A stretch of 63,556 bases of DNA from Promethearchaeota archaeon (lineage in GTDB: Archaea; Asgardarchaeota; Lokiarchaeia; Sigyniarchaeales; SOKP01): the NCBI GenBank assembly GCA_029838195.1, contig JALGVJ010000021.1, positions 1 through 63,556 of the forward strand. Direction: 5' to 3'. The translations under genes and the position numbers were made by a program. The notes beneath the pieces were generated by a model. It was not told the origin of the DNA, did no database searches, and saw only the letters and a program-made list of their open reading frames with translations. Below are positions 30,325-40,826 of this stretch, piece after piece; the stretch's first letter is position 1; every line of letters starts with the position of its first letter.

Positions 30325-30498
30325 AATGAATAAAAATCTTGAATGATTTTTAAGATTTTATTTAATTAAATGGTTATTATTTGTCTTTTTTATAAACTTT
30401 GGATTCCTTTTTCAGATTGCATCCAAATCTTTAAAATAGAACAAAAATAATAATTACCATGAAAATTATACTACAAGAGAAAAGAGGATATAAATAAC

Positions 30499-31734
30499 AT
30501 GCCTGGACCCGGAATGGAACTTATTGGGGAAGAGGAAAAAAGAGAAATATTAGAAGTGTTAGAGTCCGGCTATTTATATCGATATGGAGATTCATCGGAT
30601 CCTAAATTCAAAGCAAAAGTATGGACTCTTGAAAAAGAATTCGCTTCTAAAATGGGATCTCGACACGCATTAGCGGTTTCTTCTGGAACAACGGCCTTGC
30701 TAACATCATTGTGGACATTAGGAATAGGGCCGGGGGATGAAGTCATTGTTCCCGGCTATACCTTCATAGCCAGCATTACATCTGTTATTTTTGCGCGAGC
30801 CATTCCTGTATTGGCAGAAGTAGATGAAACTTTAACGTTAGATCCAACGGATGTGGAGAAAAAGATCACTAACCGAACGAAAGCAATCATGTTAGTCCAC
30901 ATGTTAGGCAATCCGGGAAATATCGATGCGTTCTTGCAAATAGCGAAAAACCATGATCTCCTCCTTATTGAAGATTGCGCGCAAGCTTGCGGTGCTTCCT
31001 ATAAAGGAAAATCCGTGGGAACTCATGGAATAATGGGAGCTTTTAGCTTGAACGTGTATAAAACAATCACGGCGGGCGATGGCGGAATGATAATTACAAA
31101 TAATCAAGAATTGTTTAATAGAGCATTTGCCATTCACGATCAAGGTCATTTACCTTTCAGGCAAGGTGTAGAGCAGGGGAAAAGAACCATTTTAGGCTTG
31201 AATTTTCGCATGAATGAATTAACGGCGGCAGTTGCTCTAGCTCAATTAAGAAAACTTGATACAATTAAGGCTAAACTTTTAGAAAACAAGAAGATCTTGA
31301 AAGAAGAGCTTTCAGATATTGAACAAATAACGTTTAGAAAGATATTAGACAAAAAAGGGGAAGTCGGTACTTTATTAACTTTTTTCATGCCATCAAGGAA
31401 GAGTGCGGAGAAATTAGTTGCCAGTCTTGGCTGTACGACCATTGCAAGGTCTGGATGGCACGTGTATAATAACATGGAACATTTACTTGGCAAAATGACG
31501 GTGACAAAAGAGGGGTGTCCTTTCAATTGTCCTTTATATAAAGGGGGAGACATGAATTATTATAAAGGCATGCTTCCGCAGACGGATGATTTATTACAAC
31601 GGGGCATTAACATCAGTGTGGGGGTTTCAGATAAGGGATTGGGCAGTGCTTTTGGGATTAAAATAACGAGCACGCATGATGAGATAATAGATATTGCTCA
31701 TCGGTTAAAAAAAGAGATAAAAAATGCATTATGA
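30499..31734 (+). CDS. DegT/DnrJ/EryC1/StrS PLP-dependent aminotransferase
   Basis: SSGTTAL, GPGDEVIVP, IEDCAQA, FSLNVYKTITAGDGG, GLNFRMNE. Confidence 0.92.
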   Translation: MPGPGMELIGEEEKREILEVLESGYLYRYGDSSDPKFKAKVWTLEKEFASKMGSRHALAVSSGTTALLTSLWTLGIGPGDEVIVPGYTFIASITSVIFARAIPVLAEVDETLTLDPTDVEKKITNRTKAIMLVHMLGNPGNIDAFLQIAKNHDLLLIEDCAQACGASYKGKSVGTHGIMGAFSLNVYKTITAGDGGMIITNNQELFNRAFAIHDQGHLPFRQGVEQGKRTILGLNFRMNELTAAVALAQLRKLDTIKAKLLENKKILKEELSDIEQITFRKILDKKGEVGTLLTFFMPSRKSAEKLVASLGCTTIARSGWHVYNNMEHLLGKMTVTKEGCPFNCPLYKGGDMNYYKGMLPQTDDLLQRGINISVGVSDKGLGSAFGIKITSTHDEIIDIAHRLKKEIKNAL

Positions 31735-32016
31735 ATCGTTTTTGAGAATATCATTCATCATGCTCTCATTTAATTAATTACCCAATACATTTTTTATTCC
31801 TTACTTTTCTTTTTTAACTCTCACTATAACCACCTTCATAAGCATGTATTTTCGAGGAGGCTCGCTTTAGGTTCATGAGAATGCATGAGTAATGAAATTA
31901 ATCTTAAAAATTTCTGTAAACATGCCTTTGGTTATAATTAATTATAAAAATGAAAGAAAATTTTAAATCCAATTGTTGAATTCACGTATATAATTATAAG
32001 AGGTAGAAGTTAATTA

Positions 32017-34662
32017 ATGCAGCCTAAAGGCATTCAATTATTAACGGATGAGAAATTAAGATGTGCCGCCATGCCCTTAGGGGGAATTGGAACCGGTTCC
32101 ATCGCCTTAGGCGGTGATGGTTTATTGAAACAATGGCAAATCATGAATATAGTAAAACATGATGCTTTTGTTCCGAATAGTTTTTTTAGTATTTGGATGA
32201 GGAAAAAGGGAGGCGTGAAGGAAGAGTCCATTAGCAAGGCATTAATTTGTCCTAAAGTCCATGAAGATCCCAACTTTCAGCCGGCAAGGTCCGTGAGTGA
32301 CCATAAAATTAGTTCTGGGGCAAAAAAAATGCTGGAAATTCTACCGGGTGTTGAAAAAATATATTATAATGGGGAATATCCCCTAGCATTTTTAGATTTC
32401 AAGGATCCATCTTTACCATTGGACATTTCATTAATTGCGTTTAATCCATTCATTCCTTTAGATCCAAAAAATTCGGGATTACCCGTTATCATTTTCCAAT
32501 TTACTATATTGAATAGAGCAAAAGTTCCCGTTGAATTTACATTAGCAGGACATTTTCTAAACTTTTTAGGATGGGATGGAATAAAAATTCTGAAAGGAAC
32601 GGAAAATGATTTATATGGAGGAAATGTAAATTCTCCAAAAATAATTGGTGAGTGGCCATCGATTTACATGAAATCCAAGATCCTTTTAAGAAATGACCGA
32701 CGGTACGGAGATTTGACCCTTGCGATAGACGATCCAGATGCGTTTTCTTCAAAATGGGCTGATTTAAAGATATTTTGGACTCATTTTTCCCAAAACGGTA
32801 CTTTTCCTCCATCTCCTAAGGTTGAATTGAGTCCTATTGGAAAAACATGGACTGGAAGCTTGGGCTCTAGAAAAATAATAGAACCAGGAGAGAGCAAGAC
32901 CATCAAATTTATTTTTGCTTGGAATTTTCCAAATCGCGTGGTGGATTGGCGTTTAGATACTAATCAAATTCCTGATCAAGAGACAGAGTTTTGGATTGGA
33001 AATTATTATAATAATTGGTTTAGAAATTCCATAGAAGTTATTGAATACGTGCAAGAGAATTGGGATTATTTGAAGGATAAGACCAGTGCATTTCATGAAA
33101 GTTTTTACTCTTCTACTCTTCCTCCCGAAGTTCTCATGAGCCTTGCGGGACCCATGTCAACCATTAGGACACCTTCATGTTTTTGGATTAAAGCGGGTTC
33201 GTTTCACGGTTTCGAAGGATGTCATGGGGCATCAACGAGTTCATCTAAAGGGGGTTGTTGCCCATTAGATTGCTTGCATGTATGGAATTACGTATTCAGC
33301 TTGGCCCATTTGTTTCCTTCTCTTGAGCGTACCATGCGGGAGACAGAAGTTAAAATCCAGCATGAATCGGGTTATTTGCCCCATCGCGTGGTCTTGCCCT
33401 TGTATTTGCCCCAATTACTCAAGGAGGGGAGCTGGGATATGGTAGGCCCTGCCATTGATGGGATGCTCGGAAGCGTGTTGAAAATCTATCGAGATTTTCT
33501 AATAACGGGAGACAAGGAATTTCTTAGAAAGATGTGGCCTTTTATTGAAAAATTAATGACGTACATTTTTAATACCCATGATAAAGAACTAAAAGGTATC
33601 ATGGAAGGAGAGCAACCTAATACTTATGATTGTATCCTTCATGGCTTCAATACTTTTATTGGCACCCTTTATTTAACTGCTCTCTTAGCCTGTGAACAGA
33701 TTGCTAAAGAATTGGGAATTTCCGAATGGGTTGAACAATGTAGAAAAGTTCAAGAATCAGGACGGAAGCTCTTGGATGAGAAATGTTGGAACGGAGAATA
33801 TTATATTCAAATTTACAATACCGACAAGGTAAAACAACATCAATATGGAAAAGGATGCCATTCGGATCAATTATTTGGTCAGTGGTGGGCATTTCAACTC
33901 GGATTTGAGCATATTCTTCCTCCAGAGCACGTGAATAAAGCGCTACAAGCGATAGTTAAATATAATTTTAAAAAATCGCTCAAGGGCATTACTCAAGCAC
34001 CCCGAATATTTGCTTCTCCTGACGATGCCGGTTTGATGGTGTGCACGTGGCCTCATGGAGACAGACCTTCCGTTCCCACGCTTTACGTGGATGAAGTTTG
34101 GACTGGTTTGGAATATGAAGTCGCATCGCTGTGCATTCATGAAGATTATATCCAAGAAGCCTTGGAGATTCTTCAAGCCGTTCGAGCCCGCTATGATGGT
34201 TCTCATAGAAATCCTTGGAACGAGGTCGAATGTGGGGATCATTACGTGAGAGCCATGTCTTCTTGGACGTTATTGCCCGCTCTTACAGGCGTGAATTACT
34301 TGATAAAACAAAAACAATTTCAATTAGGACCAAAACTCAATCAGAAAACCTTTTCCACTTTTTTCATTACAGGAACTGCCTGGGGCCACGTGAAACAGCA
34401 GGTTAAGAATGATAAAATTAAAATTGAACTAGTCGTGTCTCATGGAAATTTGGAATTAAGTTCTCTTTATTTACGAGAAATAAAAGAGAGCTTGCATGTT
34501 ACCTATAAAATTTTTCTTAAAGAAAGAACTGAAGAAAATTTGAATCCAATAGAAGGAGAAATATCAACACGGGATTCCAATATAGAAATAACATTCCAAA
34601 AAGTCGTCAAGATATCAGAAGGTGACCATCTGTTCATTGAAATAAATCTGCTCATTGAATGA
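32017..34662 (+). CDS. GH116 glycoside hydrolase (non-lysosomal glucosylceramidase-like)
   Basis: MPLGGIGTGS, NPFIP.D...S.LP, GFEG, HVWNY, NTYD, SDQLFGQW, EVWTG.EY, NPWNEVECGDHY.RAMSSW. Confidence 0.92.
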   Translation: MQPKGIQLLTDEKLRCAAMPLGGIGTGSIALGGDGLLKQWQIMNIVKHDAFVPNSFFSIWMRKKGGVKEESISKALICPKVHEDPNFQPARSVSDHKISSGAKKMLEILPGVEKIYYNGEYPLAFLDFKDPSLPLDISLIAFNPFIPLDPKNSGLPVIIFQFTILNRAKVPVEFTLAGHFLNFLGWDGIKILKGTENDLYGGNVNSPKIIGEWPSIYMKSKILLRNDRRYGDLTLAIDDPDAFSSKWADLKIFWTHFSQNGTFPPSPKVELSPIGKTWTGSLGSRKIIEPGESKTIKFIFAWNFPNRVVDWRLDTNQIPDQETEFWIGNYYNNWFRNSIEVIEYVQENWDYLKDKTSAFHESFYSSTLPPEVLMSLAGPMSTIRTPSCFWIKAGSFHGFEGCHGASTSSSKGGCCPLDCLHVWNYVFSLAHLFPSLERTMRETEVKIQHESGYLPHRVVLPLYLPQLLKEGSWDMVGPAIDGMLGSVLKIYRDFLITGDKEFLRKMWPFIEKLMTYIFNTHDKELKGIMEGEQPNTYDCILHGFNTFIGTLYLTALLACEQIAKELGISEWVEQCRKVQESGRKLLDEKCWNGEYYIQIYNTDKVKQHQYGKGCHSDQLFGQWWAFQLGFEHILPPEHVNKALQAIVKYNFKKSLKGITQAPRIFASPDDAGLMVCTWPHGDRPSVPTLYVDEVWTGLEYEVASLCIHEDYIQEALEILQAVRARYDGSHRNPWNEVECGDHYVRAMSSWTLLPALTGVNYLIKQKQFQLGPKLNQKTFSTFFITGTAWGHVKQQVKNDKIKIELVVSHGNLELSSLYLREIKESLHVTYKIFLKERTEENLNPIEGEISTRDSNIEITFQKVVKISEGDHLFIEINLLIE

Positions 34663-35055
34663 ACGTAATTTTTTTCTATTCATTTTGTTTTTCAATTCGG
34701 TATCATGAAATAAAATTCCCTCCTTGGAATTAACAGGGAAGAAAGAATGGATTAAAATACATCGATTTTTTATTCTCATATTGTAATTTATTTTGCTTGA
34801 TTCAGAGATGAAAAATTCAAAATCAATTTACTTTTCATAATGCTTTCTGTTAAGATAAAAGTTTTAATTTTAAATTTTTAAAGGTCCCATTTATGGTAGC
34901 AGGGATGATCTCATGTGGATGCATGAATTCTCCCTTGTTTTTAAAAAAGTTAAATGACATGAAATATTATGAAAATTATATTATTCAAAAGTAAAACTAG
35001 ATTATCTTAAACGAATAAAATCAAATTAATAAGAAGAGAATAGGAGAGCATTAAA

Positions 35056-35964
35056 ATGAAGATTTCTCTCGTAGGATTGAGTGGATGTGGTAAAACATCT
35101 TTATATTCTGTCGCTTTTGCGGAAAAGAAGCCCGAAGATACTAAATCTCTTAGCCCCACGATCCTCTATGAAACGAGAAGACATCCATTTTTGGGATTAC
35201 AAGTCGGCATTTTTGATTTTGGTGGACAAGAACAATATCGAAAGGAATATATGGAAAAGCCAGATGTGTTCAAGGGAACGGATATCCTCATTCCCATTGT
35301 CGATCTGCATGATCCAAATTCTTTTGAACAGGCAAAAGAATATTTTGAGGGTTTATTAAATATTTATAGAAAGAATAACGAAAAACCAAAAGTCTTTCTA
35401 TTTTTGCACAAATTTGATTCAAAAGATTATGAAAAAGAATTACTGGATACGAACGTGAAGAAAGCTAAGGAGATCTTTTTAGATATTTTCAAGGACTATG
35501 ACTTTGATTATAAACTCACCAGTATTTATGAACAAGACAAATTAGCAAAAATTTTTCGGGATATCTTAATCTCGTCGTACGAGGAATTAAAAGAACACGT
35601 GGAAAAAGCAGAACAAAAACTTCAAGACATCAATGCCAAAGTTATCATCACGGATATCTCGGGTAATGTAATAAGCCATAATGTCCAAGGAGTGAGCAGT
35701 GGCCTGACTCTTAGAGGAGATTTACGGGATTTTATAAATGCATGTAATATCGTTCGAGAAAATATTTTCATGTCAGATTCAGCGGAATTTAAGGGGCGAA
35801 ATGAAGAAGGGAAGAACATTGAGTTATACATTTTTAAATATATCCTGTCCGTGATCATAATGAAACCAATAGAAATTGACATGGAATCTCAAGATAAAAT
35901 TAATACCTTATTGAACGATATGAAATTGTTTGCTGATTTAATTATTTCGGCGCACACGGAATAA
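35056..35964 (+). CDS. Rag/Gtr-like small GTPase with C-terminal roadblock/longin-like domain
   Basis: GLSGCGKTS (G1), PT (G2), DFGGQ (G3), HKFD (G4), TSIY (G5), plus ~120 aa alpha/beta tail. Confidence 0.8.
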   Translation: MKISLVGLSGCGKTSLYSVAFAEKKPEDTKSLSPTILYETRRHPFLGLQVGIFDFGGQEQYRKEYMEKPDVFKGTDILIPIVDLHDPNSFEQAKEYFEGLLNIYRKNNEKPKVFLFLHKFDSKDYEKELLDTNVKKAKEIFLDIFKDYDFDYKLTSIYEQDKLAKIFRDILISSYEELKEHVEKAEQKLQDINAKVIITDISGNVISHNVQGVSSGLTLRGDLRDFINACNIVRENIFMSDSAEFKGRNEEGKNIELYIFKYILSVIIMKPIEIDMESQDKINTLLNDMKLFADLIISAHTE

Positions 35965-36103
35965 AAAATCAAAATTATTATTTTTTTAACCCTTACATTT
36001 TTCCTTTTATTTTCATGTTTTTCCTTAAAGAGAAACAGGAAATAAACAAAATTCTTAGATTTTATCGAAATTTCATAAAGTTCTCCAAAACATTATTAGT
36101 ACA

Positions 36104-36799
36104 TCATAAAAGAGCAATTAAATCGTTTAAAGTTCCCCGATAATTAGGTTCCGGAATGATTGGTGGTAATTTTGAATTGGAATTTTCTATAAAAAATGTC
36201 TTAATTCCCAATTTAGCAGCCATCATGTCTTTCATTTCGTCTCCTACCATCAAGCATTCTTTAGGTTTTCGCTCAATTTCTTCGAGAATCTGTTTGAAAT
36301 AAAATAAATTAGGCTTAGTAGCCCTCATGTTCTCATATGACGTGATCAAGCGGTACTGAACATCGGCAACACCAGCCCATTCCATTCTCTGAAGAATGGC
36401 TGTGCGAGGTAAAATGGGCGTGGTTGCTATCACCAAATCGTATCCTTTCATAGTAGCTTTTTTTATGACCTCACGAGCTTCGGGCCGAAATGTCGTAAAT
36501 TTTCTTAATTTAGGAAAATCTTCCTCATAGAATTGGTCAAAAATCGGCTCTAGTTCTTCTCGTTTAAATCCGATTGCCGGAAAAAAAGTTTTAGCATAAA
36601 CATTTTCATTTGTATCGCTTCCGTCATTTTCTTCTACTTTTTTCGATGCCATCATGAGCTTGGCAATGAATTTTGAGGGTTTCATCAGATGAGACACTCG
36701 TTTTGAGAGCAATTTAATATATGCCGGGATAAAATTATCGTGTAATATTATTAAAGTTCCATCTAAATCAAAAAGGATAGTATTAATCCCTTCTTTCAT
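36104..36799 (-). CDS. HAD-superfamily hydrolase
   Basis: FDLDGTL, ATT, KP, MVGD...DM.A. Confidence 0.9.
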   Translation of the reverse strand: MKEGINTILFDLDGTLIILHDNFIPAYIKLLSKRVSHLMKPSKFIAKLMMASKKVEENDGSDTNENVYAKTFFPAIGFKREELEPIFDQFYEEDFPKLRKFTTFRPEAREVIKKATMKGYDLVIATTPILPRTAILQRMEWAGVADVQYRLITSYENMRATKPNLFYFKQILEEIERKPKECLMVGDEMKDMMAAKLGIKTFFIENSNSKLPPIIPEPNYRGTLNDLIALL

Positions 36800-36992
36800 A
36801 AGTAGGCTCATGGGCATGAGAAACACAATGGGTTAATTAGGGGTAAGTTTTATTGAAATTTTAGTATTGATAAAAAGGAAAATGAATAGTATTAAAAAAT
36901 GATTTTTACCCTAATTTATGAAAACTATTTTTTTTATTGCTTACTTAAGATAAAAAATAAATAAAATCTAAAAAAAATCGAATTAGCAATAG

Positions 36993-37721
36993 TTATTCTT
37001 TCTTTATAATCATGTCCTTAAACCAAGAGGGTAACATGAATCCTAAATAGAATAAGATTGAAACAATGACCGCCATCGTTCTGGCAATTAAATAAATTAA
37101 CACTCCCGTCGAAAGCAGTTCTAACGAAGTCATTACTATAGAGAGAACAAATGTAAATGTCAATACCTTTCCTTTTAATTTAATTTCCGGATTAGCAGAG
37201 GATAAGGATTTTTTTGAAAACCAGAGAGCCGGTACCATGAAAACCATAATTTCCACGGCATAATGAAGTTGATTATAAAAGGAGAGCTTCACTTGAATGG
37301 GCGTGATTTTTTCTCCCCATATAATAGGATTAGTAATGGAAAAATAGATATATACGGTGCTAAATATGAGAGCGATGATTGCTCCAATAATTAACAATTT
37401 TTTTCTGGTTGATTCATCATCCATGGTAAGAGATGTAATTCCGGCTACCCAGGCAAGTTGGGTAAAGGGAAGAGCTCCACCAATAACGAGCAGATGAACC
37501 GTTAGCGGCGTTGGAACATCAAATAATAATAAAGAGAGAAAATCTATAACAACGCCAATCCAAACCATACTGGCTCCAATCCAACCAATTCCTACATGGA
37601 GAAAAGAAGGTTGTTTGTAATGAAAATAGGTAGAAATTATTTTTAAACCGACAATCCAGTGAAACAAAAGGAATATAATAGTACACGTTCCAATAATCAT
37701 TAAATCTAACTCAAGTAGCAT
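36993..37721 (-). CDS. Hypothetical seven-transmembrane protein
   Basis: Seven hydrophobic segments counted by eye; no cytoplasmic output domain. Confidence 0.7.
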   Translation of the reverse strand: MLLELDLMIIGTCTIIFLLFHWIVGLKIISTYFHYKQPSFLHVGIGWIGASMVWIGVVIDFLSLLLFDVPTPLTVHLLVIGGALPFTQLAWVAGITSLTMDDESTRKKLLIIGAIIALIFSTVYIYFSITNPIIWGEKITPIQVKLSFYNQLHYAVEIMVFMVPALWFSKKSLSSANPEIKLKGKVLTFTFVLSIVMTSLELLSTGVLIYLIARTMAVIVSILFYLGFMLPSWFKDMIIKKE

Positions 37722-37974
37722 GCATATTCAATCCTTTTTTCTTTTATATTAAATTTAATAGAGAGAGAATGATCTTTTCTATCTTGATTAAACATATTAT
37801 ATAAGATTTTAATATAAACATATTGATAATACCTAATATATAAATTTTTTCTGATTTAATTAATTATTAAGACATTTTTCGAGATTCTTTTTTAATTCTC
37901 AAATATAATTAAAAAATTTTTATTAAATTCAATGTTTAAAAACTTGCATAGCTTTTTCATGGTTTTCTGAAAAT

Positions 37975-38283
37975 TTAAAATGAGATCTTCATGTTTAAGA
38001 GCATACTTGAGGGTGATCTTGGTATTTTAATCCCCTTTTCGGGATAAAATGCCAAGGTTTCAAGTGGAATGGCATGAATATCTGGATGAGCAAATAAAAT
38101 TGAAATCAAAAGAGTTGTTTCGGAACGTCCCCAACCAACGAATAAAATGGGAGATTCATGAAACGTGAAGGGTAATGTAATGAACTTTAGTAAATTTTTA
38201 ACTATGGAAAAATCCCTTTTAGATCTAGCCATCAGAGTAAAAATTTCTATAAAAAATCTTTTTAAGCGTTTCATTCCATTCAA
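37975..38283 (-). pseudogene. Truncated, degenerate sulfotransferase fragment
   Basis: PILFVGWGRSETTLLISILFAHPDI resembles the PAPS-binding PIFIVG.PRSGTTLL..IL.AHP.I motif with G->E; ORF stops ~30 aa later. Confidence 0.6.
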
Positions 38284-38446
38284 ATCTAGTAAATTCTAAG
38301 ATATTTTATATACTAATTTAAGAAATAATAAAATTAATTGCAAAAATTTTAAACTATGAAATATATTCCATCTTAGTATCCCAAGAAATTAATAAAAATT
38401 AATCAACAATTAACAAGATAAAAGAATTTTATATTAAGAAAAGAAA

Positions 38447-39220
38447 ATGATTGGTACCGAAAGAAGAATTAAAATAAGTGAACTAATTAAGGGAAAAGGC
38501 TCCATTTCCATTGAAGAACTCATAAATCGATTTAAGGTTTCACGAATGACTATTTGGAGAGATCTTAAAATTCTTGAAGAAGAGGGGCTTCTTAAAAAAG
38601 TCTATGGTGGCGCCATACGTCCTGATAGAATGGGGCCCGAAGAAAAGATTTTTGAAATCAAGCGTAAAAAAAATCTGGAACAAAAAAGAGTGATAGCAGA
38701 GCATGCTGCAAAAAATTACGTGAAGGATGAATCCATCTTATTTCTTGATGGTGGAACTACTGTTCTTGAATTAATTCCCTTTCTTACCAAAAAAAATATT
38801 ACTATTTTAACAAATGGATTAAATACTTTACTTATCGCCTCAAGATATTTGCCCGATTTAAACGTAATTGGAACGGGAGGGGTTTTGAGAAAACCATCTT
38901 TAACTTTCGTGGGTCCTGAGACGGAACGCTTTTTAAAGCAATATCGGGCAGATATCGCATTCATCAGTGGTACAGGGCTTACAATCGAAGAGGGTTTAAC
39001 GGATCCTCACCCATTAGAAATGGAAGCAAAAAAAGTAATGTGTAAAAATGCTAAACAAATTATTGTTTTGTTAGATTCTAGCAAATTTAGCAAACGTTCT
39101 TTATCCACGTTAATAGGGATTGATGAGATAAACGTATTGATCACGGATAGTAAAGCTCCACCAGAATTCATTGAACAATTGCGACAGAGGAACGTGAAGG
39201 TAGATATTGTTGAATTTTAA
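38447..39220 (+). CDS. DeoR/GlpR-family transcriptional regulator
   Basis: VSRMTIWRDL..LE..G...KVYGGA, FLDGGTT, TN, DSSKF, LITD. Confidence 0.93.
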   Translation: MIGTERRIKISELIKGKGSISIEELINRFKVSRMTIWRDLKILEEEGLLKKVYGGAIRPDRMGPEEKIFEIKRKKNLEQKRVIAEHAAKNYVKDESILFLDGGTTVLELIPFLTKKNITILTNGLNTLLIASRYLPDLNVIGTGGVLRKPSLTFVGPETERFLKQYRADIAFISGTGLTIEEGLTDPHPLEMEAKKVMCKNAKQIIVLLDSSKFSKRSLSTLIGIDEINVLITDSKAPPEFIEQLRQRNVKVDIVEF

Positions 39221-39605
39221 ACAACAATGTTATCTTTACTAATTTCAAGCCTCTGAATTGCGATAAAAGAACTTATTCGCACGAGTGTGGAAATCCAAAT
39301 AAGAAAACATGGATTCACAATTATATTATTTCAACTAAGAGAATTCAAATATAGGATAACCTGAGTCGTGAAATAGTCTTTTCATAAGAAACACTTCTGA
39401 ATTGGATGTACCATTTTCAAGAGTATTTTTAATGATACATGCCTCTTTTTAGACCCTCATTTCTCTTGATATATACCCAAAGCGCATTAAAATGATAAAA
39501 CAATCATGGAGTAGACTTAATACACTTCTAAAAAATATTTATTAAATTCTTGGGTTTTATATTAATATAGAAAAAATTTTAATCACTACCTTTTTGGTAA
39601 AAATC

Positions 39606-40823
39606 ATGAAATTAAGCTTGATGGATTTAAACGATGGAACGGTACACGTGGGAAATAAATTAAAGATCAAAACGATTTTTGAATTTGATGAGGATACGCC
39701 TTTAATGTGGACAGGCGTAAGACTGATTACAAAACCGCCCTGCGCGAAAGAACTACAAGTAGGAAAAAAAGAAATATTTTCCTCGGGAAAGTTTGAAGCA
39801 GGCACCTATATTCGTGAAAAATCCTTGCTAATTAAACACAACGTGGTTCCGACCATTGAAAAACGGAATTTAAGGTACATCTTACAATTGCTTCTTAGAA
39901 AAAAAAATCCCATTGATCCCGATCAAGATTTCACGGTAAAACGGGAATATGAAATAATCATTAAGAGCAAGGAATTAAAACAATTGCCGGCCAAGCCTAA
40001 TCCAATTTCATTTTCAATATCAGGATTGAATATTAATCTTGTCAAGGATATTTTCAGACCAGGTGAAACAATTAAGATTAATTATTCCTCAGAAAATTTA
40101 AAAGAACTTGAAGTACGTCTCTTGCAAAAGGCAAATTTAATATGTTATTGTGAGCCTTACGGAAAAAGTTGTAAAAAAATAGAAGAATTACCTCCATCAA
40201 TAGCGGGAGATGTTAAAACAAAAAGCACGGAAAAAGGTTTTTTACTAATGACCATCCCACCCATTGCTGAGCCTTCTCATGATTTTTTATGGGAACCCGA
40301 GGAAAGAGAATATTGGGGCTTTAAGTTTGGCGATTATTGTAGATGGTCCTTACTCGTAATTGGTACGAAACGCCCCGAGCATGGAAGAGAGAAGATAAAA
40401 TTTGAAATTCCCATCGTTATTTCCAAGCAACCACTTTCAGAGAAAGAAGGAGATGCGAAGCTCTTTTCTACGGAAGAAAAAGGAACACCCGCTCTATTTG
40501 GAGATATTTCCTCAAAATTTCAAAAACGGTTTCAAATGCTTTCCATCGACTCGGCTCATGATGCTACTTCTAATTCAAACGTGTATAAAATTAAATTAAA
40601 AAATATCTCAAAACAAAATTTAGAAGGTGTTACCGTTAAATTAACAGGTTTACAGGAGGATTTATTCGAAACCACTTCAAATTTAGTGGGATACAAGGAA
40701 TGGAACAAAGAGGAAGAAAAAGAAATCATCTATGAAACAAAACAAAACATTTCTGCCATAATCTCTGTTATTGAAGATAATTCCCAACAGAGTGTTAGAA
40801 TTCAAACACCCATCGCTTTTTAA
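39606..40823 (+). CDS. Arrestin-fold (alpha-arrestin/Vps26/Spo0M-like) protein with extra C-terminal beta domain
   Basis: N-domain FEAGTY......L.....VPT......Y.L; C-domain FRPGETIKI....LEVRLLQ...LMTIP...PS...W.L.V...FEIPIVI. Confidence 0.6.
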   Translation: MKLSLMDLNDGTVHVGNKLKIKTIFEFDEDTPLMWTGVRLITKPPCAKELQVGKKEIFSSGKFEAGTYIREKSLLIKHNVVPTIEKRNLRYILQLLLRKKNPIDPDQDFTVKREYEIIIKSKELKQLPAKPNPISFSISGLNINLVKDIFRPGETIKINYSSENLKELEVRLLQKANLICYCEPYGKSCKKIEELPPSIAGDVKTKSTEKGFLLMTIPPIAEPSHDFLWEPEEREYWGFKFGDYCRWSLLVIGTKRPEHGREKIKFEIPIVISKQPLSEKEGDAKLFSTEEKGTPALFGDISSKFQKRFQMLSIDSAHDATSNSNVYKIKLKNISKQNLEGVTVKLTGLQEDLFETTSNLVGYKEWNKEEEKEIIYETKQNISAIISVIEDNSQQSVRIQTPIAF

Positions 40824-40826
40824 ACC

